32,000 nt of DNA from Candidatus Kuenenia stuttgartensis. Its GTDB lineage: Bacteria > Planctomycetota > Brocadiia > Brocadiales > Brocadiaceae. The notes under the pieces are model-generated. The model made no database searches. It had not been told where the DNA came from and was given only the letters and a program-made list of their open reading frames with translations. The stretch's first letter is position 1; each line of letters begins with the position of its first letter. Below are positions 18,162 to 25,495 of this stretch, piece after piece. A program made the translations under genes and the position numbers. Location of the stretch: positions 1 to 32,000 of the forward strand of contig NZ_LT934425.1 in the NCBI RefSeq assembly GCF_900232105.1, written 5' to 3'.

Positions 18162-18492
18162 ATGCTCCTGTTCAAGCTATGTTCCCCCGCTGGCGGGGGT
18201 GCAGGGGGTGGACTGGATTTCTCCATCGATTCAACTACCTCTTTATTATGAAAATAAATTTGACCCTCTTTCCCACGCTCCGCAGACAATTCCACCCCTT
18301 AATCCCCCGCCAGCGGGGGGACAGGCTTACCACATCCCTTACAGCTTTCATGCCTTTGCAGGGTTGATCCAGGTACATTTCCGGTTTTTTATGACTTCTG
18401 CCATGTTTTAATGAAACGTACAGTAGAATTAACCCCTGACAGCGTTGTTTTACCCCAATCACACAAACGGTTACAAAAAAAGGGATGCTCCT
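18162..18492. repeat. Truncated MITE copy (right portion only), homologous to 14190-14540
   Basis: Collinear with the internal and right part of copy A, including the nested inverted repeat CCCCCGCTGGCGGGGG...CCCCCGCCAGCGGGGGG. The right TIR is degenerate (ttacaaaaaaagggatgctcct). It lacks the left TIR. Relative to copy A it lacks a 116-bp segment and has an extra 98-bp segment. Confidence 0.8.
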
Positions 18493-18609
18493 CCTGACGG
18501 AGCTATTTATCCTAAGCTAGCATAGCCAGAACTAAACAAGCACGAAATACGAAAAACGCACTCGTTTAGCATTTTAAATAATACTCTCGTTTCCAGGCTC
18601 CGGCTCTTC

Positions 18610-18797
18610 CGCTCGTTCCCAAGCTCCACAGACCGGGTCAAATGGACAATTTTATCCTATTTTACGACAGGCATTCTCCACTTTTATGGGAAAACAGCAC
18701 TAAATAAGGTCGAAAACAGGCATAATGAGAGGAGTTGTCCCCACCTTTAAGACAACAAAGTTCTTTTGGTCCAGTCTGTGGAGCTTGGGAACAAGCG
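18610..18797. repeat. Inverted-repeat-bounded element of about 188 bp (arms about 27 bp, GTTCCCAAGCTCCACAGAC core)
   Basis: 18610-18636 matches the reverse complement of 18771-18797 with 2 mismatches. The interior start (18631-18680) is homologous to 14311-14356 inside MITE copy A. Confidence 0.6.
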
Positions 18798-18927
18798 TTT
18801 TTGCTTTTTTAAAAAATATAAACTGTTACCACTTTTCTCTCATACACAGCCAATGTTTCGTCGTGTGAAATTCATTTAATGCAACACACTCATTTTGGCG
18901 TTCTATTGTTTTAAGTAAACCGACAAA

Positions 18928-19239
18928 TTAACAGCTATCTTCTTCTTTTTCTTCTCCCTTTTTCTGCACGATCTCTTGTAAAAAAATTGTTACTTTTTCT
19001 ATATTTCTTTCATTTAGTGAGTAGTAGACCCATTTACCTTCCTTACGGTCTTTAATGAGACCGCTTCCCCGTAAAATTCCCAAGTGGTGAGAAACAAGAT
19101 TTTGCGGAAGTTTAAAATATTTATAAATATGACACACGCATTTTTCGCCGGATGCAAGATACGAAATAATATTGAGACGGATTTCACCGCTCAACGCTTT
19201 TAGTAATTTGGCAAATTGTTGGGTTTTGATAGTGTTCAT
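18928..19239 (-). CDS. arsR: ArsR/SmtB-family metalloregulator
   Basis: 103 aa. Winged-HTH sequence LKALSGEIRLNIISYLASGEKCVCHIYKYFKLPQNLVSHHLGILRGSGLI with the CVC metalloid-binding motif. Confidence 0.9.
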   Translation of the reverse strand: MNTIKTQQFAKLLKALSGEIRLNIISYLASGEKCVCHIYKYFKLPQNLVSHHLGILRGSGLIKDRKEGKWVYYSLNERNIEKVTIFLQEIVQKKGEEKEEDSC

Positions 19240-19245
19240 AAATAT

Positions 19246-19292
19246 ATATCAAATTATCTTGATATAATATGAATTGAAAACCTGAATGTCAA
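19246..19292 (-). promoter_or_regulatory. arsR promoter (TTGACA-17-TATTAT) with an overlapping inverted-repeat operator
   Basis: On the minus strand the -35 TTGACA is at 19287-19292 and the -10 TATTAT at 19264-19269, with a 17-nt spacer. The inverted repeat ATATCAA-N6-TTGATAT at 19246-19265 lies between the -10 and the arsR ATG at 19239. Confidence 0.6.
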
Positions 19293-19307
19293 GGTCAAGG
19301 TGCTTGT

Positions 19308-19707
19308 GGGTACATTCCAGATTTTTTGAAACTGTCTGCACAATGTAACAAAAGCATCCTGCTTGTGATATTTAATACACAAGCGGCCTTGCCTATACGT
19401 CCCGGCACGCAGACAGGCGACTCTCCCAGACCGGGACGGTCTGGCTACCTTCGGAAACGTACGCAGACAGGTAAGCATCATAGAGACACGCCATGGCGTG
19501 TCTCTACTAATTGTTTATAGCTAAAAGTATTTATTCCCCTAAAATTTAATATACAATCCAGGTATCAATAGATGGGTGGCGCAGGCATTTTGCCTTTGCG
19601 GAATACAGGCAGGAATGCCTGTACCACCCTTGCAATAAATTTTATTATTCATCTTCCAAAAAACCTTATTTTTTTACTTATATTTACAAAAAATCGGGAA
19701 TGCCCCC
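19308..19707. mobile_element. MITE copy C (400 bp), same TIR family
   Basis: The left TIR is gggtacattccagattttttgaaa (19308-19331). The right TIR is tttacaaaaaatcgggaatgccccc (19683-19707). An exact 8-bp direct duplication GTGCTTGT sits at 19300-19307 and 19708-19715. The element contains a 26-bp perfect palindrome at 19481-19506. Confidence 0.8.
19481..19506. repeat. Perfect 26-bp palindrome TAGAGACACGCCATGGCGTGTCTCTA (REP-like)
   Basis: Self-complementary. It shares the (G)TAGAGAC...GTCTCTAC frame with 23553-23581 and 21810-21839. Confidence 0.7.
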
Positions 19708-20042
19708 GTGCTTGTTATGATAAAAATAATTTTTCCGTTCATACTTTCAGTAAAGCGGCTTTGTTGCCTGAAAGGTGATGAGAATGCTGTTAGCAGGGAT
19801 GAGACAGGTCGGATAACACCACAGAAAAATATCACAAGAAACCGTGGCAATTTGAGCAAAGTCTGGGCATCAAATACTTCTCTCACTAAAACGCATAAGA
19901 GAGCGCCATGGGAAGAAAAGACCAGGAGAACAGGCGTATGGCAATCTACCCTTCTTTAAATAAATCGCTGAAAAGGAATTTACACAAGATTGTTGACAGT
20001 ACCCGTTCTTCTTTGCAAAGACAACTTTTTATCGTTCATGCA

Positions 20043-21662
20043 TTATCTGGTCATTCTGCGTGATGATAATTCATAGTCGGTTAAAATGTCGTAGAACAGC
20101 TCTGGCTTTTTTTCTTTCAGTTCTATCATATAATCCAAAAATTTCCGGGTACCATCACCTAAAATCTTTCTTACTTTTTCCATTAAGAAAGGATGCTTCT
20201 GTGCTTCATAAATAAAAGGCTTATCAGGGTTCACCTGCTTAAACATTTTAACATCCTGGATGAAATGTAAAATATAAATCATATCCTGAAAAAGGGTATC
20301 CATGCCATAAGTGCTCGCCCGATCCATGAAGTCTTTAAATACATGATAGACTGAAACATACTCCAGAATCACTGATTCCATTGCATCCAATGAAAAATAT
20401 TCCAGGTGTTCCGCATCGCTGCGCATGTGCTTTAATTCTTCTAAACTTGCATTTTTGATCTTCGACATTGTTATTACCGGGAATTTTAATGCACTAAAAT
20501 TGGTGACAAAAAAGTTACGCATCTCAGAACGATACAGGTGACTCTTTATGTACATCAATTGATTAAATTTTTCTGCCTTTTCTTTTCTTTCTAACAGCCT
20601 TTCTATTAATAATGCACCCAGCAATATTTCAAGGGGTATTGCAGCCACGTGCAACATAAACTCGATATGTGTCGCATAAAAAACATATAAAGAGCATGCC
20701 GATGCTGTTATCAAAGAAATATAGAGCCATGCTTTTTTTGTAAATTTAGCCAGAGACAGCTTAAGTTTCAATGAAAAGCTTTCCAGACGTCTGGATTGAT
20801 TAACGGCAGTTTTCTTGTATACGCTCAATAAACTCGTTTGCGTGGCAATGATCGACCAGAGTCTCTCGGTTTCGTCAAGCACGGTCTTCTCGTTTATGTA
20901 AATTTTTTTTGATACAAAGGGCAATACCGCCATCCTTGTATTCAAGGCGAGATATTTGAACATCTCTGCCGTATTCCGTGGAACCCTCGTTTTCGAAAAT
21001 ATAACCACCGTAAATAAATTCCCCGTAGGCAACATACTTCCAAACCCCAATGCCGATTTAATTCCGAAAGGTATCACAAATTCATCCTGAGCTGGAATAT
21101 GGGGACTTCCCAGGGCATCGGGCACGTGAAACACATTAAAAATCTTACTTTCCAGCTCAGTCTCAAGAGTAGGACGAGGATGTAGCACCTTGTCAATATC
21201 TATCCCGAACTGGTAAACCAATTGGGCGATCATAGGATGCTTATCCACCGTTTGCTTATCTACCAGGGGAATAACCCGGTGTCCCTTGGAGCGTTTTATC
21301 GAATTCCACTCAGGTTGCAGTCCCACTGTTGCTAAGAGGACTAAGCAACTCGTAGTATTAGTCAAACGTTGCCCCTCTGACATCATGTTGGCTAATTGAC
21401 GTAATTCTTCGTCAAGGCTTTCGTAGGTATATGTTATGAAAAAGCGCACCAGTGCAGAGGACTTTTCACCTGTCCGCCTGTCAATAAGGTGTTCGTAAAA
21501 ATAGTGGACCACCGAATCAGCCAGTTCCTCTACACCTTTCGCTTTATACCCAAGGTGCTCCAGTGCATCTCCACATCGGGTCATGTCCTGAATGGTAAAA
21601 TTTGTAAGATCGTACATTGCTTTATTTACCTGTAATATTCTTGGTGCGGCCTTTGGCTGCAA
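20043..21662 (-). CDS. Hypothetical membrane protein (soluble N-domain of about 300 aa, two TM helices, helical C-domain of about 190 aa)
   Basis: 539-aa ORF. The listed start is a TTG; the ATG at 21617 (MYDLTNF) is an alternative. The conserved-looking N-domain segment HIPAQDEFVIPFGIKSALGFGSMLPTGNLFTVVIFSK resembles a widespread uncharacterised domain. The hydrophobic span is AWLYISLITASACSLYVFYATHIEFMLHVAAIPLEILLGALLI. Confidence 0.6.
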   Translation of the reverse strand: MQPKAAPRILQVNKAMYDLTNFTIQDMTRCGDALEHLGYKAKGVEELADSVVHYFYEHLIDRRTGEKSSALVRFFITYTYESLDEELRQLANMMSEGQRLTNTTSCLVLLATVGLQPEWNSIKRSKGHRVIPLVDKQTVDKHPMIAQLVYQFGIDIDKVLHPRPTLETELESKIFNVFHVPDALGSPHIPAQDEFVIPFGIKSALGFGSMLPTGNLFTVVIFSKTRVPRNTAEMFKYLALNTRMAVLPFVSKKIYINEKTVLDETERLWSIIATQTSLLSVYKKTAVNQSRRLESFSLKLKLSLAKFTKKAWLYISLITASACSLYVFYATHIEFMLHVAAIPLEILLGALLIERLLERKEKAEKFNQLMYIKSHLYRSEMRNFFVTNFSALKFPVITMSKIKNASLEELKHMRSDAEHLEYFSLDAMESVILEYVSVYHVFKDFMDRASTYGMDTLFQDMIYILHFIQDVKMFKQVNPDKPFIYEAQKHPFLMEKVRKILGDGTRKFLDYMIELKEKKPELFYDILTDYELSSRRMTR

Positions 21663-21691
21663 CCAAATTCGAAATACGAAACTTCTATTCT

Positions 21692-21896
21692 ATGGGTGCA
21701 TTCCCGATTTTTTGTAAATATTCGCACATGCCTGTTGGTTGACAGGTATTGTATCGCAAACATCTTGTTTGATTAACCCTGACAGGGTTGTTTCTGCCAT
21801 TTTCAAGCGGTAAAAGACAGGTTTGAAAACTGTCTCTACGTTACTGTTAACCCCTACTGATTGTTTTTTTTGCAAAAAAATCGGGAATGCACCCAC
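21692..21896. mobile_element. MITE copy B (about 205 bp), same TIR family
   Basis: TIRs are gggtgcattcccgattttttgtaaa (21694-21718) and ttgcaaaaaaatcgggaatgcaccc (21870-21894). A direct duplication TTCTATTCT sits at 21683-21691 and 21897-21905 (ACTTCTATTCT if extended). A degenerate GTAGAGAC-type hairpin lies inside at 21810-21839. Confidence 0.8.
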
Positions 21897-21983
21897 TTCT
21901 ATTCTTGATTGGTGATTGGATTCTTGATGCCACATGATAAATACAATTAACAATTGTTTTTTTAGTTCACATCTTTTACCTGC

Positions 21984-23354
21984 CTATAGACACTCATCTA
22001 TTACCGTTTTTAAGTCAACCTTAAAAATATCCGAAAACCTTCTGTACGTTTCTGCCTGTCTGAAGTAGTTTAAATGATAGACATGTTGCCACGGTTCGTA
22101 GTTAAACTTTATTCCGCTTTTAATACCGGTTGGCCATGGAACGACCATCTTGTCTGTGTCAACGACCAGGTCATTTGGATCGCCGAAATAGACGTCGGCA
22201 ATGCTATCCGTTATATCGTCTTTAAGCCCTCCTTTGAAAATGCCCGACGGTTCAAAATCCGACCCAATGGTGTTATATACAACATCGCCGCCGATACTGC
22301 TACTGCTTTTGTTCAGTTTTTTAATAAATTCAGAATTGGGATTCATTGCCCAGACGCCCGGTATTGCATTCGGTTCCTTTAATTTAGACGCGGCAAACTT
22401 TATCAGCCCTCCCACGAGATTGAAAAATATCTTCATCGGCGCCCCACCCGTGAAAAAGAATATGTTTGTCAGAAGGTCGATCTTTTTGGCCAGTGAGTCC
22501 CATTTTCCAGGATTTGCAAGACTCGTCCCACCGGCAGGGCATGCGACCATTACAGCATTGTCTACATTTAAATAACCATTGCACAGTTCCACAAATGAGC
22601 GCAATACAAGTCCTCCACGGCTGTGCGTTACAGTATCGAATTTTATTCCCGTATCTAAAATACCAGTACTCTCCAATGTAGACAGCATGTCTTTTGCATT
22701 ATCCTCAGGGGTTTTAGACAAGGTAAAATGGTCATATCCTAAAATAACGGGATATTTATTTTTTAAAACCGCCAGTATTTTTTGCGGCACATCTGCATAT
22801 CCACCTTCGATTGAACTCCCCGTGCCATGTATAAAAAGGAGCGCTTTCTTTTTATCTTTCATTACGTCTTTAATACCGCCCCAATCCGAAACCGGATCGG
22901 CAGTTGTAAGGCCTTCAATAAAACCTAAATTGTGTTCTATTCGTTTAAAACCTTCCTTAATTTTTCTCCCTTCGTATTCACGCAGCATATTGTTGATAGC
23001 CGCCGAACTGCCTTCTTGTATCCAATCTGTCGCAAATTTAAAGACGTGAACAACCTTGCTCCATAAACCCCTTGTGGTTCTGTCCTGCACTTTAAACGGA
23101 ACACTAAAGAGACTAATATGCCTGCCGTCATCGGATACCAAATCCCTGTTACTCACACAATCGTTGTTTTTAAAGTGCCAGGACCAAACGCCATCTTCAT
23201 AAGACAGAAGAACTGCCTCTTCACCAGGATTGCATCTTATAGCAAGCGGAATGGGTTTTACCATTTCTTCAACACCAAAAGCACGCTGCTCATTCGGACA
23301 AAATTCAAAGACTTTTTCAATTTTAAAATCCTTGCTGTCTTCCAGAAAATCCAA
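21984..23354 (-). CDS. Alpha/beta-hydrolase-fold protein (putative serine esterase/lipase) with an unknown N-terminal domain of about 170 aa
   Basis: 456 aa from a TTG start. Contains LLFIHGTGSS (oxyanion region), the nucleophile elbow VTHSRGGLV, a late acidic residue (DLVVDTD) and a His (VYHLNYF). The frame stays open for 43 more codons upstream, to a stop at 23484-23486, with no ATG, GTG or TTG. The gene may therefore be 5'-truncated or use an unusual start. Confidence 0.65.
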   Translation of the reverse strand: MDFLEDSKDFKIEKVFEFCPNEQRAFGVEEMVKPIPLAIRCNPGEEAVLLSYEDGVWSWHFKNNDCVSNRDLVSDDGRHISLFSVPFKVQDRTTRGLWSKVVHVFKFATDWIQEGSSAAINNMLREYEGRKIKEGFKRIEHNLGFIEGLTTADPVSDWGGIKDVMKDKKKALLFIHGTGSSIEGGYADVPQKILAVLKNKYPVILGYDHFTLSKTPEDNAKDMLSTLESTGILDTGIKFDTVTHSRGGLVLRSFVELCNGYLNVDNAVMVACPAGGTSLANPGKWDSLAKKIDLLTNIFFFTGGAPMKIFFNLVGGLIKFAASKLKEPNAIPGVWAMNPNSEFIKKLNKSSSSIGGDVVYNTIGSDFEPSGIFKGGLKDDITDSIADVYFGDPNDLVVDTDKMVVPWPTGIKSGIKFNYEPWQHVYHLNYFRQAETYRRFSDIFKVDLKTVIDECL

Positions 23355-23552
23355 ACAATCCGGATTATAAGCACTTCCCAGTGCATCGCGACGTCCGCTC
23401 TGCGCTTCTTTAGCATTTGCTATCCCGGTCAGGTCCTTTATCGTTCCTACAAATTCAGACGTAGAAGGCAGGATAATATATCTTTAGAAATGGCATATTT
23501 TGAGTGTTTTGTAGAAATGTTTATACGTTTTACAGTTTTATAGGATTCGGGA

Positions 23553-23581
23553 GTAGAGACAGGTTTGAAACCTGTCTCTAC
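23553..23581. repeat. REP-like perfect palindrome GTAGAGACAGGTTT-G-AAACCTGTCTCTAC
   Basis: 14-bp perfect stem with GTAG at the 5' end and CTAC at the 3' end. Confidence 0.75.
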
Positions 23582-23584
23582 CAT

Positions 23585-23611
23585 GTAGTGCGACGAACCT
23601 CGTCGCACTAC
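23585..23611. repeat. REP-like palindrome GTAGTGCGACGA-ACC-TCGTCGCACTAC
   Basis: 12-bp perfect stem, 3 nt after the previous palindrome, giving a BIME-like doublet. It has the same GTAG...CTAC frame. Confidence 0.75.
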
Positions 23612-23629
23612 AAATGACAATTTCCAGTT

Positions 23630-24043
23630 TCAAAAGACTAAAGTGTGAAAAACCTTTGTAAAGCCTGCGACTGTCGCTTCTCCGCCAATTTTTGTTCCGT
23701 GTTTACGAATCTTGCTGCAATGGGTGCGCAAGTCATCGATATGGTTTTCGAGATGCTGCGCCTCCGTCTTTGACTGGATGAAATAGTCATTGAATCGCAC
23801 CAATTCCGATCCTTGGACGTCTGCGTAGATAGCAAACCTAAAGTTAGTCAAGACGGCTGAAGCGCGCTTAATGAGTAACAGACTTTTTTGCAACTCATCC
23901 ACCATAAGGCGCAAGTCGCTCCGAACTTCAGGATGCTTGGCTTCGATATAGTCTTTTCCGCTTTTGACTGCCTCGGCAATCGTCTTAACGCTGTCGATTC
24001 CTTCTGTAACGAGTTTCAGTGCGTCGATCATGTCCTTGAGCAT
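23630..24043 (-). CDS. Hypothetical all-helical protein (137 aa)
   Basis: ATG with GAGG about 12 nt upstream. I recognise no motif. It lies in a patch that looks more G+C-rich than its surroundings. Confidence 0.4.
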   Translation of the reverse strand: MLKDMIDALKLVTEGIDSVKTIAEAVKSGKDYIEAKHPEVRSDLRLMVDELQKSLLLIKRASAVLTNFRFAIYADVQGSELVRFNDYFIQSKTEAQHLENHIDDLRTHCSKIRKHGTKIGGEATVAGFTKVFHTLVF

Positions 24044-24526
24044 TGTGTATTAACCTCACTACGTAGTTTGTAAGAAACCAGAATGCGCCTCTTCTGACGT
24101 AACGCTCCGGATGTACGGCATCGGCCATAAAAGTATCAGGAAACATGGTGCGTTGTCCCCGGTGTCCGCACCAGACGGTTGTTAACTCATTTGTCTGTTC
24201 ACTGAGAGTGGCGATTGCACTCGCCATTTATTTGTAAATGTCTTCGGGGAGCCACATGGCCAACTCCCATGACATTTGGTTAACCATTCTGTATCCGAAT
24301 CAGGAGAGTTCTCCTTCAGGCTTCTTGCTAGTGCCAGATACTCAGCAACTCTGACTGCTTGTTCGCGCACCTTTACTTCCCATTTCAGATTTTCAAGAAA
24401 AGCGGAGTGCTCTTTTCGGAGTGACGTCTTGAGTCTTTCGCTGATTCAGAGTGATGGAAGGTATTGAAGCACTCCGAAGAGGATCACTCTCAAACTAATT
24501 TCTGGCAACCCAAGTGTGAATGCCAT
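24044..24526 (-). pseudogene. Fragmentary ORFs, probably a decayed gene or genes
   Basis: The frame starting at the ATG at 24526 reads MAFTLGLPEISLRVILFGVLQYLPSL, then an in-frame TGA at 24446-24448, then ISERLKTSLRKEHSAFLENLKWEVKVREQAVRVAEYLALARSLKENSPDSDTEW... to 24182. A second overlapping frame (24227-23985, MASAIATLSEQTNELTTVWCGHRGQ...) runs into the 137-aa gene. Confidence 0.35.
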
Positions 24527-24547
24527 TTTTTCTTCTGCTAACAATAA

Positions 24548-24564
24548 TTATACAGTCTGTATAA
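24548..24564. promoter_or_regulatory. Palindrome TTATACAGTCTGTATAA (candidate operator 1)
   Basis: 17-bp perfect palindrome. Its 20-nt context aattatacagNctgtata recurs at 24681-24698. Confidence 0.45.
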
Positions 24565-24618
24565 AACGGCAAACACGAACTGCCTCAGTATGTCTAAAAA
24601 GTTGCCGCGTATTTTTTT

Positions 24619-24646
24619 TTGACGTATTGTAACTTATTTTTATCAT
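24619..24646 (+). promoter_or_regulatory. Sigma-70-like promoter TTGACG-16-TATCAT
   Basis: -35 at 24619-24624 and -10 at 24641-24646, preceded by a T9 run. It lies between the two palindromes. No ORF of 60 aa or more lies downstream for about 900 bp. Confidence 0.3.
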
Positions 24647-24683
24647 GTTATTGCTGCATTTCAGCTAATCGCTCATTACGAAT

Positions 24684-24698
24684 TATACAGACTGTATA
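24684..24698. promoter_or_regulatory. Palindrome TATACAGACTGTATA (candidate operator 2)
   Basis: 15-bp perfect palindrome, centred 135 bp from operator 1. Confidence 0.45.
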
Positions 24699-25412
24699 CT
24701 CTGGCCTGTAAACCATCGACCTGACTTCGAATTCCGATATATCCTTTCATGATAAGCTGGAAGGGAATCAGGAATTCCTTTCTTAAAAAATAATCCACCC
24801 TATATAACCCGGCGATTATATTAAAAATACTATCTTTGTAAATACCCTATTCTGGGTGTATACAAATGGGTGTATGCTTTTGGAAATTCTGATATCTCCC
24901 CCGGAATATCCTGAATTTCTTTTTTATTTAAGCAAGATTCCTGCGGCAATCAAGAACTCCATATAGTAAACAAGAAGGGATATACATTATATATTAGTGG
25001 TTTAATTCCTTCTAATCGTTTATGAATTTCACTCCATCTCTAAAATATCCTCCTTTCCTGAATCCACACTCCCAATTCTCAATTAGGATATTTTACCTTA
25101 TTCCAGCCAACCTTTCGAGAAACGGATACATTCTACTCTTGGCATCTGTTTGCTGGCAAAGCCGGTAACAGAGGTCAAGGGTCTGGTTATGAAGAACCCT
25201 GCATTATTACAAATTGATCATTGTGAAAATTTGCTAATGTAAGAATATCGGGAGAGAGATACCTACTTTCTATCACAAAACCTATATTTACAAATATATC
25301 GACAACAATCACTTTTTCTAAATTTCAGAAAGCTTATTCAATTGAGCTGAATCAAGTATTATAAAAAAATACTTGACTTACACTTGTCATTGCCTTAACC
25401 TTACGCCATTTC

Positions 25413-25433
25413 AAAAAAGCAATTTCCTATCAT
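25413..25433 (+). promoter_or_regulatory. Promoter-like box AAAAAAGCAATTTCCTATCAT upstream of the AOX-like gene
   Basis: Nearly identical to 26860-26880 (19 of 21 positions). It ends in the -10-like hexamer TATCAT. Confidence 0.4.
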
Positions 25434-25454
25434 TTATTCATTATCAATTTATCA

Positions 25455-25495
25455 TTCATTGTCGTAGGTGATGAATCTTTGCAGACGACAATGAA
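25455..25495 (+). other. Hairpin with an 11-bp perfect stem in the putative 5' leader of the AOX-like gene
   Basis: ttcattgtcgt (25455-25465) pairs with acgacaatgaa (25485-25495), leaving a 19-nt loop. It lies about 40 nt upstream of the ATG at 25537. Confidence 0.4.

Noticed and set aside
19254-19959. Small ORFs 19254-19481, 19326-19520, 19572-19778, 19674-19886 and 19708-19959
   Set aside because: They overlap one another on both strands within or next to MITE copy C and its palindromes. They have Arg/Cys/Thr-rich, low-complexity translations with no recognisable motif.
21690-21953. An 87-aa ORF between the hydrolase gene and the 539-aa gene
   Set aside because: It coincides with MITE copy B, running from TIR to TIR, so it is a repeat read as protein.
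24446-24448. The in-frame TGA in the 24526-24182 frame as a possible selenocysteine codon
   Set aside because: I could not identify a convincing SECIS-like hairpin immediately downstream. The surrounding ORFs show frameshift decay, so a nonsense mutation is the simpler explanation.
24568-24620. A possible intrinsic terminator (cggcaa ... ttgccg followed by a T9 run)
   Set aside because: The stem is only 6 bp with a loop of about 28 nt, which is far from a canonical GC-rich terminator hairpin. The T-run is more simply read as part of the promoter-like -35 region.
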